Shown here piece after piece: positions 23,632 to 32,000 of a DNA stretch of 32,000 nt. The notes under the pieces are model-generated. The model worked only from the letters and a program-made list of their open reading frames with translations, made no database searches and had not been told where the DNA came from. The stretch is from Thermococcus kodakarensis KOD1 (GTDB lineage: Archaea > Methanobacteriota_B > Thermococci > Thermococcales > Thermococcaceae), in NCBI RefSeq assembly GCF_000009965.1, contig NC_006624.1:270001-302000 (forward strand), in the 5' to 3' direction. The position numbers and the translations under genes are program-made. Numbering within the stretch: the first letter of the stretch is position 1; each line of letters starts with the position of its first letter.

Positions 23632-24420
23632 GTGCTGAGTTTGGAAGGCAGATCAATAGTCTTTGCATCTGGAAAGGGTGGAACCGGTAAGACCACCACA
23701 GTCGCCAACCTGGGTGTGGCCCTAGCACAGTTTGGCAAAGAAGTGATTCTGCTGGACGCAGACCTGACGATGGCAAACCTAAGTCTTGTTCTCGGAATGG
23801 AAGACATCCCAGTTACACTGCACGATGTACTTGCGAGGGAAGCAGACCTCAAGGATGCAATATACGAAGGTCCGGCGGGAGTTAAGGTCATCCCAGGTGG
23901 GCTCAGCCTGGAGAAGGTCAAGAAGGCCAAGCCCGAGAGGCTCAGGGAGCTCATGAGGGAGATAAGCCAGCTCGCAGATTTCATTCTCATCGACGCTCCG
24001 GCGGGCCTTGAGATGACGTCCGTTACGGCGCTCCTCATTGGAAAGGAGCTCATAGTCGTCACCAACCCTGAGATTTCAGCTATCACTGACTCCCTGAAGA
24101 CAAAGCTCATAGCGGAGAAGCTCGGAACGCTCCCGCTCGGTGTCATCCTCAACAGAGTCACCAATGAAAAGACAGAACTTACGCAGGATGAGATTGAGGC
24201 CATCCTTGAGGTTCCAGTTCTGGCTATGATCCCAGAAGACCCTGAGGTCAAGCGTGCAAGTGCATACGGCGTCCCGCTCGTCATCAAGAACCCAACCAGC
24301 CCCGCCGCTATAGCTATCAAGCAGCTGGCCGCCAAACTTGCGGGAATCAAGTGGCAGCCGCCCGAGCCGGAGAGCCCGATAAAGAGGGTCTTCAAAGCAA
24401 TCTTCGGAGGGAAGAGGTAA
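23632..24420 (+). CDS. minD: MinD/ParA-family P-loop ATPase (archaeal MinD-like)
   Basis: Deviant Walker A SGKGGTGKTT, plus LLDADL and IDAPAG. GTG start. Confidence 0.85.
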   Translation: MLSLEGRSIVFASGKGGTGKTTTVANLGVALAQFGKEVILLDADLTMANLSLVLGMEDIPVTLHDVLAREADLKDAIYEGPAGVKVIPGGLSLEKVKKAKPERLRELMREISQLADFILIDAPAGLEMTSVTALLIGKELIVVTNPEISAITDSLKTKLIAEKLGTLPLGVILNRVTNEKTELTQDEIEAILEVPVLAMIPEDPEVKRASAYGVPLVIKNPTSPAAIAIKQLAAKLAGIKWQPPEPESPIKRVFKAIFGGKR

Positions 24421-24668
24421 TGGCGGCGGCAGTGTTGTACGTCCTGCTGGTGATTCTCCTCATCCTAGTGATAGTCCTCACAATGCTCTACCTCTCAGCT
24501 AAGAACAATCCCTATTACGTTGTTTACGACGAGGAAACGAAGACGGCCCTCAAACGTCGTGTTCTCAACCTCAAGGAGGAGCTGGAGGGCGAGCTTGAGC
24601 AGTTCGACGTTGAAGACTGGGAGAAAGCCCTGGAAGAGTCAATAGACGAGGAAGTTAAAAACCTTTGA
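24420..24668 (+). CDS. Small single-pass membrane protein with an acidic C-terminal helix
   Basis: The ATG at 24420 overlaps the minD TAA. MAAAVLYVLLVILLILVIVLTMLYL forms the TM segment, followed by an acidic coiled region. Confidence 0.55.
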   Translation: MAAAVLYVLLVILLILVIVLTMLYLSAKNNPYYVVYDEETKTALKRRVLNLKEELEGELEQFDVEDWEKALEESIDEEVKNL

Positions 24669-24754
24669 ACTTTTCTTTCACTTCTGTTATTAAACATTTC
24701 TGTGGCGTTAAATTTTAAAATCTCTTTTTGGATACTTTAGTTGGGTGGGGCGCC

Positions 24755-25006
24755 ATGGTGGCCAGGTTGGGATACAAAAACAAGCTTGTTGAGGTTAGGA
24801 ATGGCGTTGTATACCTGTTCGATGGAAAGCTCTGGAGCGCCCCACTCGAGAGGGTTGTTGAATACTACCGGGAGGGCCAGGGGGCTATCCCGGGGCCAAT
24901 TCGGGAAATCGCCAGCGACCTTTATCGCGTTCTTCTTGGAGAAAACCTCGTTAGGGAAATGTTGACCAATTCAGGTGGGCGGTACGGCGAGACGACAGCC
25001 AGCTGA
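24755..25006 (+). CDS. Hypothetical small protein
   Basis: ORF 24728..25006 begins at a TTG. The ATG at 24755 is preceded by GGTGGGG. No family recognised. Confidence 0.45.
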   Translation: MVARLGYKNKLVEVRNGVVYLFDGKLWSAPLERVVEYYREGQGAIPGPIREIASDLYRVLLGENLVREMLTNSGGRYGETTAS

Positions 25007-25119
25007 TATACAGGAACGAGCCTCAATCCTAGCTTTTTTTAAGTGGATTTTTCCAGGGGAATATTCAAAAATCTTAAGAACTGTTTTTCTTTAATATACC
25101 AATCCCAGGGGGTGGTAGA

Positions 25120-26631
25120 GTGAAAGCCAAGATCCGCATACTCGATATGTTCAGTGGGAGGTACACTGTTCTAATAAACGAGGAAGATGCCAAGGAGGCA
25201 AAGCTTCACCCGGACGACCTCGTTAAGATAGAGGCAGGTAAGAAGGCCGTCTATGGCAGCGTTGCCCTCAGCAACCTCGTCGGAAAGGGTGAGGTCGGTA
25301 TAAGCAGGGACGTACTTGACCTTCACAACTTCTCGGAGGGCGAAACCGTCAGCGTTATCCCTGCCGGGACTCCAGAGAGCGTCCGCTACATCAAGAAGAA
25401 GATGCACGGCGAGAAGCTCAGGAAGGTCGAGATAGAGGCCATCGTGAGGGACATCGTTGACAGGAAGCTCAGGGACATCGAGATAAGCTCCTTCGTGACG
25501 GCCCTTGAGATAAACGGCCTCGACATGGACGAGATAGCGGCTCTGACCATAGCGATGGCAGAGACGGGGGACATGCTCGATATTGATCGGAAGCCGATAA
25601 TGGACGTCCACAGCATCGGCGGCGTCCCGGGAAACAAAACCAACATTCTCGTCGTCCCGATAGTGGCGGCGGCAGGTTTAACTATTCCAAAGACCAGCTC
25701 AAGGGCTATCACCAGCGCCGCGGGAACTGCCGACGTTGTCGAGGTTTTTGCGGACGTCAGCTTCTCCCTCGACGAGATAAAGCGCATCGTCGAGAAGGTC
25801 GGGGCATGTCTGGTCTGGGGCGGTGCGCTCAACCTGGCACCCGCGGATGACATAACGATAAAGGCCGAGCGTGCGCTGAGCATCGACCCCACTGGCCTGA
25901 TGCTGGCCAGCATAATGTCAAAGAAGTACGCTATGGGCAGTCAGTACGTTCTCATTGACATCCCGACTGGAAAGGGTGTTAAGGTGGAGACTGTCGAGGA
26001 GGCCAGGAGCCTTGCCAGGGACTTCATAGAGCTTGGAAAGAGGCTCGGCCAGTACGTTGAGGTTGCAATAACCTACGGTGGTCAGCCAATAGGACACACC
26101 GTCGGCCCTGCCCTCGAAGCCAGGGAGGCCCTCTCCGCTCTCATGACTGGCAAAGGCCCTGGAAGCCTAATAGAAAAGGCCACAGGACTGGCCGGAATAC
26201 TCCTTGAGATGGGTGGCGTTGCACCCGCCGGAACTGGCAAGAAAATGGCCAAAGAAATCCTCGAGAGCGGCAAGGCCTGGGAAAAGATGAAGGAAATCAT
26301 CGAGGCCCAGGGCGGAGACCCGAACATCAAGCCCGAGGAGATACCCATCGGCGACAAGACCTACACCTTCACCGCCGCCACGAGCGGTTACGTCACAGCA
26401 ATAGACAACAGGGCGATAACTGCCATAGCGAGGGCCGCTGGAGCGCCTGAGGACAAGGGAGCTGGAATCGAGCTCTACGTCAAGGTCGGGGAAAAGGTCA
26501 AGGAGGGCGACCCGCTCTTCACGATACACGCCGAGCACGAGGCGAGGCTCGACCAGGCGATAGTCCTCGCCAGAAGGACTGAACCGATAAGAATAGAAGG
26601 AATGGTTCTCCAGCGAATCGGCAACATCTGA
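25120..26631 (+). CDS. deoA: AMP phosphorylase (thymidine phosphorylase family, archaeal type)
   Basis: 503 aa with the extra N-terminal domain ([26 protein letters not shown]) and a glycosyl-transferase family 3 core ([25 protein letters not shown]). The length and N-terminus match the archaeal AMP phosphorylase. Confidence 0.9.
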   Translation: MKAKIRILDMFSGRYTVLINEEDAKEAKLHPDDLVKIEAGKKAVYGSVALSNLVGKGEVGISRDVLDLHNFSEGETVSVIPAGTPESVRYIKKKMHGEKLRKVEIEAIVRDIVDRKLRDIEISSFVTALEINGLDMDEIAALTIAMAETGDMLDIDRKPIMDVHSIGGVPGNKTNILVVPIVAAAGLTIPKTSSRAITSAAGTADVVEVFADVSFSLDEIKRIVEKVGACLVWGGALNLAPADDITIKAERALSIDPTGLMLASIMSKKYAMGSQYVLIDIPTGKGVKVETVEEARSLARDFIELGKRLGQYVEVAITYGGQPIGHTVGPALEAREALSALMTGKGPGSLIEKATGLAGILLEMGGVAPAGTGKKMAKEILESGKAWEKMKEIIEAQGGDPNIKPEEIPIGDKTYTFTAATSGYVTAIDNRAITAIARAAGAPEDKGAGIELYVKVGEKVKEGDPLFTIHAEHEARLDQAIVLARRTEPIRIEGMVLQRIGNI

Positions 26632-27144
26632 TCACTTTCTGCATTCTTCTACCTTTTTCAGGAATTCTTCCCTGGTAAGGCACGGTTCATTCCTCTTCAG
26701 CTTGACCGCCGCCACCTTGTAGTTTCCTTTCCCTGCGAAGCGGCAGACCTTCCCGGGTTCGTCTATCAGCCTCGCAACCGCTAAAGTTTCGCCGTTGCAC
26801 TCCACGTAGTCTATCACCGTATCCTGGAAGCCTGTAAAGATTATCACGCACTTTCTATTCGGGTTCAGTTGGGCAAGGCCCTTATCAATGGGGGGCAGTT
26901 CTTTGACGACGCAGTTTTCAGGATATTTCCCAGCCTTCACTCTCTTGATGAGCTCCGGCGGTTCTCCCGTTCTTTCAAACTCCTCAAGTTCCTCTCTCGA
27001 TACATCAACGGGTTTCAGTGAGTAGCAGAGAATTCTCCCATCGTGGTACATGAAGTAGGTGCCGTCCTTCAGGAACATGAAGGCAATCCTCTCCCGCGGC
27101 TTATCGAAGATGTAGCCAGATTTGCTCTTCTTAACCGAGTACAT
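26632..27144 (-). CDS. Conserved hypothetical protein
   Basis: 170-aa ORF with good coding character and no recognisable motifs. Its stop codon abuts the deoA stop with no spacer. Confidence 0.5.
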   Translation of the reverse strand: MYSVKKSKSGYIFDKPRERIAFMFLKDGTYFMYHDGRILCYSLKPVDVSREELEEFERTGEPPELIKRVKAGKYPENCVVKELPPIDKGLAQLNPNRKCVIIFTGFQDTVIDYVECNGETLAVARLIDEPGKVCRFAGKGNYKVAAVKLKRNEPCLTREEFLKKVEECRK

Positions 27145-27208
27145 TTTTACTCACCACTACCCTATCTTTGGGGACGCTTATAGCCCTTTCTGGGCAGAGT
27201 TGTCCAAT

Positions 27209-27679
27209 TCATTCTTCTCCCTTGACTTTCTCCACGACTCTTATGTCCTCAATCCTTGTGAAGGGGTACTGTCCGTTCTCATCCTTCTCGACGGCCTTCA
27301 CCATGTCCCATATCGTCAGGAGGGCGACGCTGACGCCCGTGAGGGCCTCCATCTCAACGCCGGTCTTGTAGTAGGCCCTGACCTCGCAGGTGGCCTCTAT
27401 GTAGTCGTCTCCAAACTCAAAGGTTATGTCAACACCCGTGAGTGGTATTGGGTGGCAGAGCGGGATCAGCTCGGGGGTCTTTTTCACGGCCAGGATGCCA
27501 GCTATCTGGGCAGCCGCTATAACGTTGCCCTTCTTGGTCTTTCCAGCTTTAATCAGCTCTATTGTCTCGGGCTTCAGCCTTATCCTGCCTTTGGCAACGG
27601 CTTTTCTGAAAACAACGTCCTTGTGCCCAACTTCCACCATCTTAACACCCTTTTCGTCAACGTGTGTCAAATCCTTCAT
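27209..27679 (-). CDS. moaC: Cyclic pyranopterin monophosphate synthase MoaC
   Basis: [15 protein letters not shown]...[35 protein letters not shown]...[21 protein letters not shown] prefer the ATG at 27679 to the 27736 ORF start. Confidence 0.9.
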   Translation of the reverse strand: MKDLTHVDEKGVKMVEVGHKDVVFRKAVAKGRIRLKPETIELIKAGKTKKGNVIAAAQIAGILAVKKTPELIPLCHPIPLTGVDITFEFGDDYIEATCEVRAYYKTGVEMEALTGVSVALLTIWDMVKAVEKDENGQYPFTRIEDIRVVEKVKGEE

Positions 27680-27777
27680 TTCAATCCCCATTTCAAGTGG
27701 AAGAGCAAAGTTTAAAACCCTGACCCTTAGCCACACTTAGAAGCGGCAAGATTTTTACTATTAAATGGGGTGTTATT

Positions 27778-28707
27778 ATGTCATCACAGGCTATCCTGAT
27801 CGAAAACCTTACAAAATCATACGGTACGTTCAGGGCCGTGGACGGCCTTACTTTCGACGTGAAAGTGGGGGAAGTTTTTGGATTTCTGGGACCGAATGGA
27901 GCTGGAAAGACCACAACGATTCTCAGCATGCTCGGCATCATCATCCCCGACGATGGGAGAATAGAGATACTGGGAATGGACATGTCGAGGGAGCCGATAA
28001 AAATCAAGGAGCGCATCGGCTACCTCCCTGAAAACGCCACTATCTACGGCGAACTTACCGCCTGGAAAAACCTGGAGTTCTTTGCCAACTTTTACAGGAT
28101 GAGCAATTCCGAGAGGGAAAAGCGGATAACTGAACTTCTCAAGAGGGTTGGTCTCTGGGATGCCCGCTATCGGAAGGCCAAGACGTTTTCAAAGGGCATG
28201 AAGCAGCGCCTTCTCCTTGCACAGGCTCTTATCAACGACCCGGAGCTGTTGATACTCGACGAACCAACGAGCGGGCTCGATCCAGAGGGAGCGCATTTGG
28301 TTAAGGAAGTAATTCGGGAGGCGAAGGCTGAGGGAAGGACCGTCTTCTTCTCAAGCCACATCCTCAGCGAGGTCGAGGAGCTGAGCGACCGCGTCGGCAT
28401 AATCGTCCGCGGAAGGCTAAAAGCAGTTGGCCCTATACGGGAAATAAAGCGTCAGTTCATGGAGCTTGAGGGCTACGAGATAAAGGTGGAGACGAAAGAG
28501 CCCATACCTGAGCTTCGGCATGAGGAAATCACCAGGGTTGAGCGCCTCGCCCCAAATAGGATTATCCTTTTTGCCCGCTCGGATATAAGGGAGTGGCTCT
28601 CCCAGTACCTCACTTCGAAGGGAGTCACTATCTTGAGCCTTGAGGTTGAAGAACCAAGCCTTGAGGATGTTTTCATGAAGACGATCTACGGGAGGGATGA
28701 GGAATGA
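27778..28707 (+). CDS. ABC transporter ATP-binding protein (ABC-2 / CcmA-like subfamily)
   Basis: Walker A GPNGAGKTT, signature FSKGMKQR, Walker B LLILDEPTSGLD and H-loop SSH. Confidence 0.9.
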   Translation: MSSQAILIENLTKSYGTFRAVDGLTFDVKVGEVFGFLGPNGAGKTTTILSMLGIIIPDDGRIEILGMDMSREPIKIKERIGYLPENATIYGELTAWKNLEFFANFYRMSNSEREKRITELLKRVGLWDARYRKAKTFSKGMKQRLLLAQALINDPELLILDEPTSGLDPEGAHLVKEVIREAKAEGRTVFFSSHILSEVEELSDRVGIIVRGRLKAVGPIREIKRQFMELEGYEIKVETKEPIPELRHEEITRVERLAPNRIILFARSDIREWLSQYLTSKGVTILSLEVEEPSLEDVFMKTIYGRDEE

Positions 28708-30830
28708 GGAAAGCCTTTCTCCTTTTGCTGTCCATGCTCCTTCTTTTGCCCCTAGCGAGCGCCCAGCCGTACGTGACGGTCTTTGAAGGACGGATTGCAC
28801 CGGAACATGCGATAACCGTGGGCGACTACACCGTTACGGTGGTCAAATCAGCAGTGGGGACACCGTATCTCATGCTGAAGAAAGGAGCTGAAATTCTTGA
28901 ACTCATGCCCTTTGACTTCGGGCGCGAAATAGAGCGCGATGGCATCAGAGTGGTTATGGGAAGCTACACCCCACAGGGCGGTTTTGTGGTTGTCTCCGTT
29001 AAGCCAAAGTTAGTAGCTTCCCTTAAACCGAAGGTTGGGGAGAGGGTCTCGTTCAACGGCACAACGGTCGAAGTTACCTCGGTTGGCGCTGAAACCGTTG
29101 ATGTTTCAGTAAACGGGGTGACCAAAACGCTTGAAGTCAACGGAAGCGCTGTGGTTGATCTAGTGGCACTCGAATACAATGGAAAGGAGATAAGGGTTTA
29201 CGTCGCTGACCCCGCCTCGGAGATCGTGAACCTGGAGTACGCGGTCTTCTACCCGTATCGGAAGGTTAGAGCTTCTGGACCCGTTGACGTGCCGATCACT
29301 ATTACCAGCTCCAGCGACGTTGAGCTGAACCTGAAGCTCGGCATTCTCTCCCTGCCCTCTGGCTGGAAGGCGAACTTCATCTACGGGGGCGTTGAGGTGG
29401 GTGAAATATCGGTTCCACCGAAGGGAACGGTCAGCCTGACCCTCCACATTGAGCCGACTGGAAGCGGCGTGGTGAAGTTTACCGTTGGGAATTTCACAGG
29501 CAGCCTGGAAGTTGAGAGTGCTGGAATCGAAGTTTCAATTCCCTACCTAAGCCTGGAAGCGGAAGCGGGAACCAGCCTGAGCGTGCCGGTTGCCTTCGCA
29601 GGGACGGGAAGGGTTGAGTTCACCCCTGGAAGCGTTCCACAGGGGTGGGGGGTATATTTAACGGACGGCAGGTACAGGCTGAGGAGCTTCGATGTCGATG
29701 GAAGCTTCACCGCGGAGCTGGTGGTGGAGATACCGAGAAACGCGACCCTTGGAGACCACAGGATAGAGTTCGAGGTTAACGGGCAGAGCTATGCTCTGAA
29801 CGTTTACGTGTACAAGACGTACCTCGGAGAGCCTGCAAAGCTCACTGTAATCCTCACTGATGAGAGCGGAAACCCCATTCGGGGATGGGTTTCGGTCGGC
29901 GGTGAGAACGTTACAGTTTCCCCCGCGGGATCCGCAAACTTTGAGCTCAAGCCAGGGGAGTACACCGTGCTGGCTGGCGCAGAGGGCTGTTCCCCAGTCG
30001 AAGAGGACGTTAAGCTCTCCGATGGGGAGGAGAGAACCCTGACCATAAAGCTCAGGCGCGCGGAGTACTACTTCAAGGCTTCCCTAGAGAGGGATGTCCT
30101 AACCGTAACATCAGGAAGTGGGGGGAGCGTCGCGATAACTATCAAGAACCTCGGATCCAAGGACGACGATTACAGGGTCACTGTTGAAGGGCTCCCCGAG
30201 GGCTGGAGCTACATCCTCAGCCAGGACCCCAAAGGCACCGTTCCAATAGCGAGCATTAAAGTCCCGAGCGGAGAAAGTGGAAGCGCATATCTAGTCATCC
30301 TTCCGCCGTTCAACGTAGAATCCGGGGACTTAAACGCCACGGTGGTCGTTTCAGGCTCAAACTCAAGAGTTGAGCTTCCCCTCAAGATTCATGTCGAGAA
30401 CCCTGCGTCCCTCCGCGTAAACGTGGACAATCCAACCCTGACGGTTAAAGCGGGTGGAAGCACCGCCACTGCACTCTGGCTGGATGCGATGGGAACAGTT
30501 ACCAACGTCAAGTTCACAGTACAGGCCCCGAGCGGCTGGGACGTTGAAGTTGTCCCATCAACGATTCCCCGCGTTGGGATGGGGGGAAGAGGCGGTGTTT
30601 ACTGGTCAACGGGGCCGGCCCAGGCCGAACTCAGGATCCGCGTTCCAAAATCAGCTCCCGCAGGTACGTACACTATAACCGTGACGGCTGCGGGTGATCA
30701 GGCAAAGGCCGAGACCGTGGTAACCGTCAGGGTTGCTCAGAGCTCAAGCGGCACCTGGATCGGCATCCTCCTCCTTGTGGTGGCGTTCGGCGTGGTGATA
30801 TGGCTTATGAGGAGGGTAGGCAGGAGATGA
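28704..30830 (+). CDS. Large secreted, C-terminally anchored protein with repeated NEW3/CARDB-like and CarboxypepD_reg-like beta-sandwich domains
   Basis: Signal peptide MRKAFLLLLSMLLLLPLASA. Repeats of the v.v.N.G......v.l..P.GW type (ITIKNLGSKDDDYRVTVEGLPEGWSY; KFTVQAPSGWDVEV). A PEGxYTV-like segment (LKPGEYTVLAGAEG). C-terminal TM WIGILLLVVAFGVVIWL plus a basic tail. Overlaps both neighbouring genes by 4 nt. Confidence 0.75.
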   Translation: MRKAFLLLLSMLLLLPLASAQPYVTVFEGRIAPEHAITVGDYTVTVVKSAVGTPYLMLKKGAEILELMPFDFGREIERDGIRVVMGSYTPQGGFVVVSVKPKLVASLKPKVGERVSFNGTTVEVTSVGAETVDVSVNGVTKTLEVNGSAVVDLVALEYNGKEIRVYVADPASEIVNLEYAVFYPYRKVRASGPVDVPITITSSSDVELNLKLGILSLPSGWKANFIYGGVEVGEISVPPKGTVSLTLHIEPTGSGVVKFTVGNFTGSLEVESAGIEVSIPYLSLEAEAGTSLSVPVAFAGTGRVEFTPGSVPQGWGVYLTDGRYRLRSFDVDGSFTAELVVEIPRNATLGDHRIEFEVNGQSYALNVYVYKTYLGEPAKLTVILTDESGNPIRGWVSVGGENVTVSPAGSANFELKPGEYTVLAGAEGCSPVEEDVKLSDGEERTLTIKLRRAEYYFKASLERDVLTVTSGSGGSVAITIKNLGSKDDDYRVTVEGLPEGWSYILSQDPKGTVPIASIKVPSGESGSAYLVILPPFNVESGDLNATVVVSGSNSRVELPLKIHVENPASLRVNVDNPTLTVKAGGSTATALWLDAMGTVTNVKFTVQAPSGWDVEVVPSTIPRVGMGGRGGVYWSTGPAQAELRIRVPKSAPAGTYTITVTAAGDQAKAETVVTVRVAQSSSGTWIGILLLVVAFGVVIWLMRRVGRR

Positions 30831-31753
30831 ACCCCATCTGGAACCTGGCTCTCAAGGAGCTCTACGTCTCTGTAAAGAGCAGAAGGTTCATCGTTATCGT
30901 TGTCCTCTACTTTATCATTTTTGGACTGGCCGTCTACTCTATCAAGGATTACCTTGTGCAGATGGGCGTTCCGAGCGTCGACTCCAACGAGCTTGGCCTC
31001 TGGGGTGTCAGCGCCGAGATTTACACAACACCCCTCGCGATGCTTTTCACCGTCAACATGACGATAATAACCGTCCTCGGTGCCGTCTTAGGTGTTGCCC
31101 TCGGCGCGGACGCGATAAACAGGGAAGTCGAGAGCGGTACAGTGAGGGTACTGCTCGGCCACCCCGTCTACCGCGACGAGATCATAAACGGAAAGTTCCT
31201 CGGCATGGGTTTGCTGATAGCCGTGACTTACATGGTCTCTTACATAGTCATGATAGCCGTAATGCTCATCCTTGGAATACCCCTCGACGGAGAATCACTT
31301 TTTAGGAGCTTCCTGGCGATTCTGGTGACAATGCTCTACACGATGGTCTTCTTATCCCTGGGAATCCTCCTCTCTACGCTCTCAAAGAAGCCCGAAACCT
31401 CAATGCTGGCGGGAGTCGGTCTTGCCATCTTCCTGACGGTGTTCTATGGCATAGTAGTAGGCATAGTCGCTCCAAAGCTCGCTGGCCCCGAACCTCCAAT
31501 AGGCACAAGTGCCTACCAGATATGGGCCGATGAGCTCCACGTCTGGATGAACAGGCTTCACTCCATAAACCCCGCCCACCACTATGTTCAGCTGGTCAGC
31601 TACATCTTCGCAGGCGACAGGTTCTTCAACTACTACATCCCGCTGAGCGATTCACTCATCTACGGCTTCAACAACCTCGCAGCCCTGCTTGTAATGCTGC
31701 TCCTGCCCTTTGCCCTGGCTTATGCCAGGTTCCTCACAAGCGATCTGAACTGA
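30827..31753 (+). CDS. ABC-2-type permease (NosY/COG1277-like)
   Basis: The ATG at 30827 overlaps the upstream stop (ATGA). LALKELYVSVKSRRF N-terminus, then INREVESGTVRVLLGHPVYRDEIINGKFLG (ExGT..LL..P..R....GK motif). About 6 TM segments. Confidence 0.8.
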   Translation: MNPIWNLALKELYVSVKSRRFIVIVVLYFIIFGLAVYSIKDYLVQMGVPSVDSNELGLWGVSAEIYTTPLAMLFTVNMTIITVLGAVLGVALGADAINREVESGTVRVLLGHPVYRDEIINGKFLGMGLLIAVTYMVSYIVMIAVMLILGIPLDGESLFRSFLAILVTMLYTMVFLSLGILLSTLSKKPETSMLAGVGLAIFLTVFYGIVVGIVAPKLAGPEPPIGTSAYQIWADELHVWMNRLHSINPAHHYVQLVSYIFAGDRFFNYYIPLSDSLIYGFNNLAALLVMLLLPFALAYARFLTSDLN

Positions 31754-31807
31754 CTCCTCTCTTTTTAATGTCGAAGAATCAGAAGAACAAAAAACAGAGA
31801 AGTTACA

Positions 31808-32000
31808 TCATCCCTTCGCAACGCCCATCGGCCTCATTCTCGCAACGAGGTTCGCTATTCCGGCCTCATGGACGACCTGGACGACGTTGTCCACGCTCTT
31901 GTACGCACCTGGGGCCTCCTCGGCAACGACGCGGAGGGAAGCGGCCCTCACGTAGATGCCCCTCTGGAGGAGTTCGTTCCTGAGTCTGTCGCCGCGGTAC
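31808..32000 (-). CDS. rtcB: RtcB RNA ligase, C-terminal fragment (gene continues right of the window)
   Basis: Hand translation of the minus strand gives ...[51 protein letters not shown], which is the conserved RtcB C-terminus. It is absent from the ORF track because no start codon lies in the window. Confidence 0.8.
   Translation of the reverse strand, partial: YRGDRLRNELLQRGIYVRAASLRVVAEEAPGAYKSVDNVVQVVHEAGIANLVARMRPMGVAKG

Noticed and set aside
31768-31983. 71-aa Arg/Pro-rich plus-strand ORF at the right edge of the window.
   Set aside because: It is antisense to the clearly recognisable RtcB C-terminal coding sequence and has an implausible composition.
1-32000. Search for CRISPR arrays, tRNA or rRNA genes, and long (>25 bp) repeats.
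   Set aside because: I saw no regularly spaced repeats, no cloverleaf-like G+C-rich islands, and no rRNA-like segments by eye. The only notable nucleotide-level repeats are the 19-mer pair and the paralog N-terminal block.

Overview
The window looks like chromosomal DNA from a Thermococcales archaeon, probably Thermococcus. It is G+C-rich and densely packed with genes. It has AAAGGTTTAAA-type BRE/TATA promoters and a characteristic gene set: AMP phosphorylase, an NfeD/stomatin pair, Nob1 and Fap7, split methylmalonyl-CoA mutase with MeaB and epimerase, pxpABC, MoaC and RtcB. All family calls rest on motif recognition in the supplied translations; no database search was possible. I saw no rRNA, tRNA, CRISPR array, integrase or transposase. 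Four regions stand out. (1) A co-directional six-gene cassette at 5216-9741 is bracketed by a perfect 19-bp direct repeat and set in AT-rich DNA. It encodes a small secreted protein, two tandem paralogous anchored surface proteins of unknown family, an ABC-2-like permease, a bitopic protein and an ABC ATPase. (2) A toxin-antitoxin cluster at 15.1-20.1 kb holds three modules. A DUF104/PIN pair sits inside the pxp operon. A wHTH-nucleotidyltransferase/HEPN pair and a VapB-like/PIN pair each end in an RHH-like coiled-coil ORF. Three phased palindromic operators lie in front of the nucleotidyltransferase operon. (3) Two candidate C/D box sRNAs lie directly 3' of minus-strand genes. (4) A second ABC-2 locus carries a 708-aa multi-domain surface protein.
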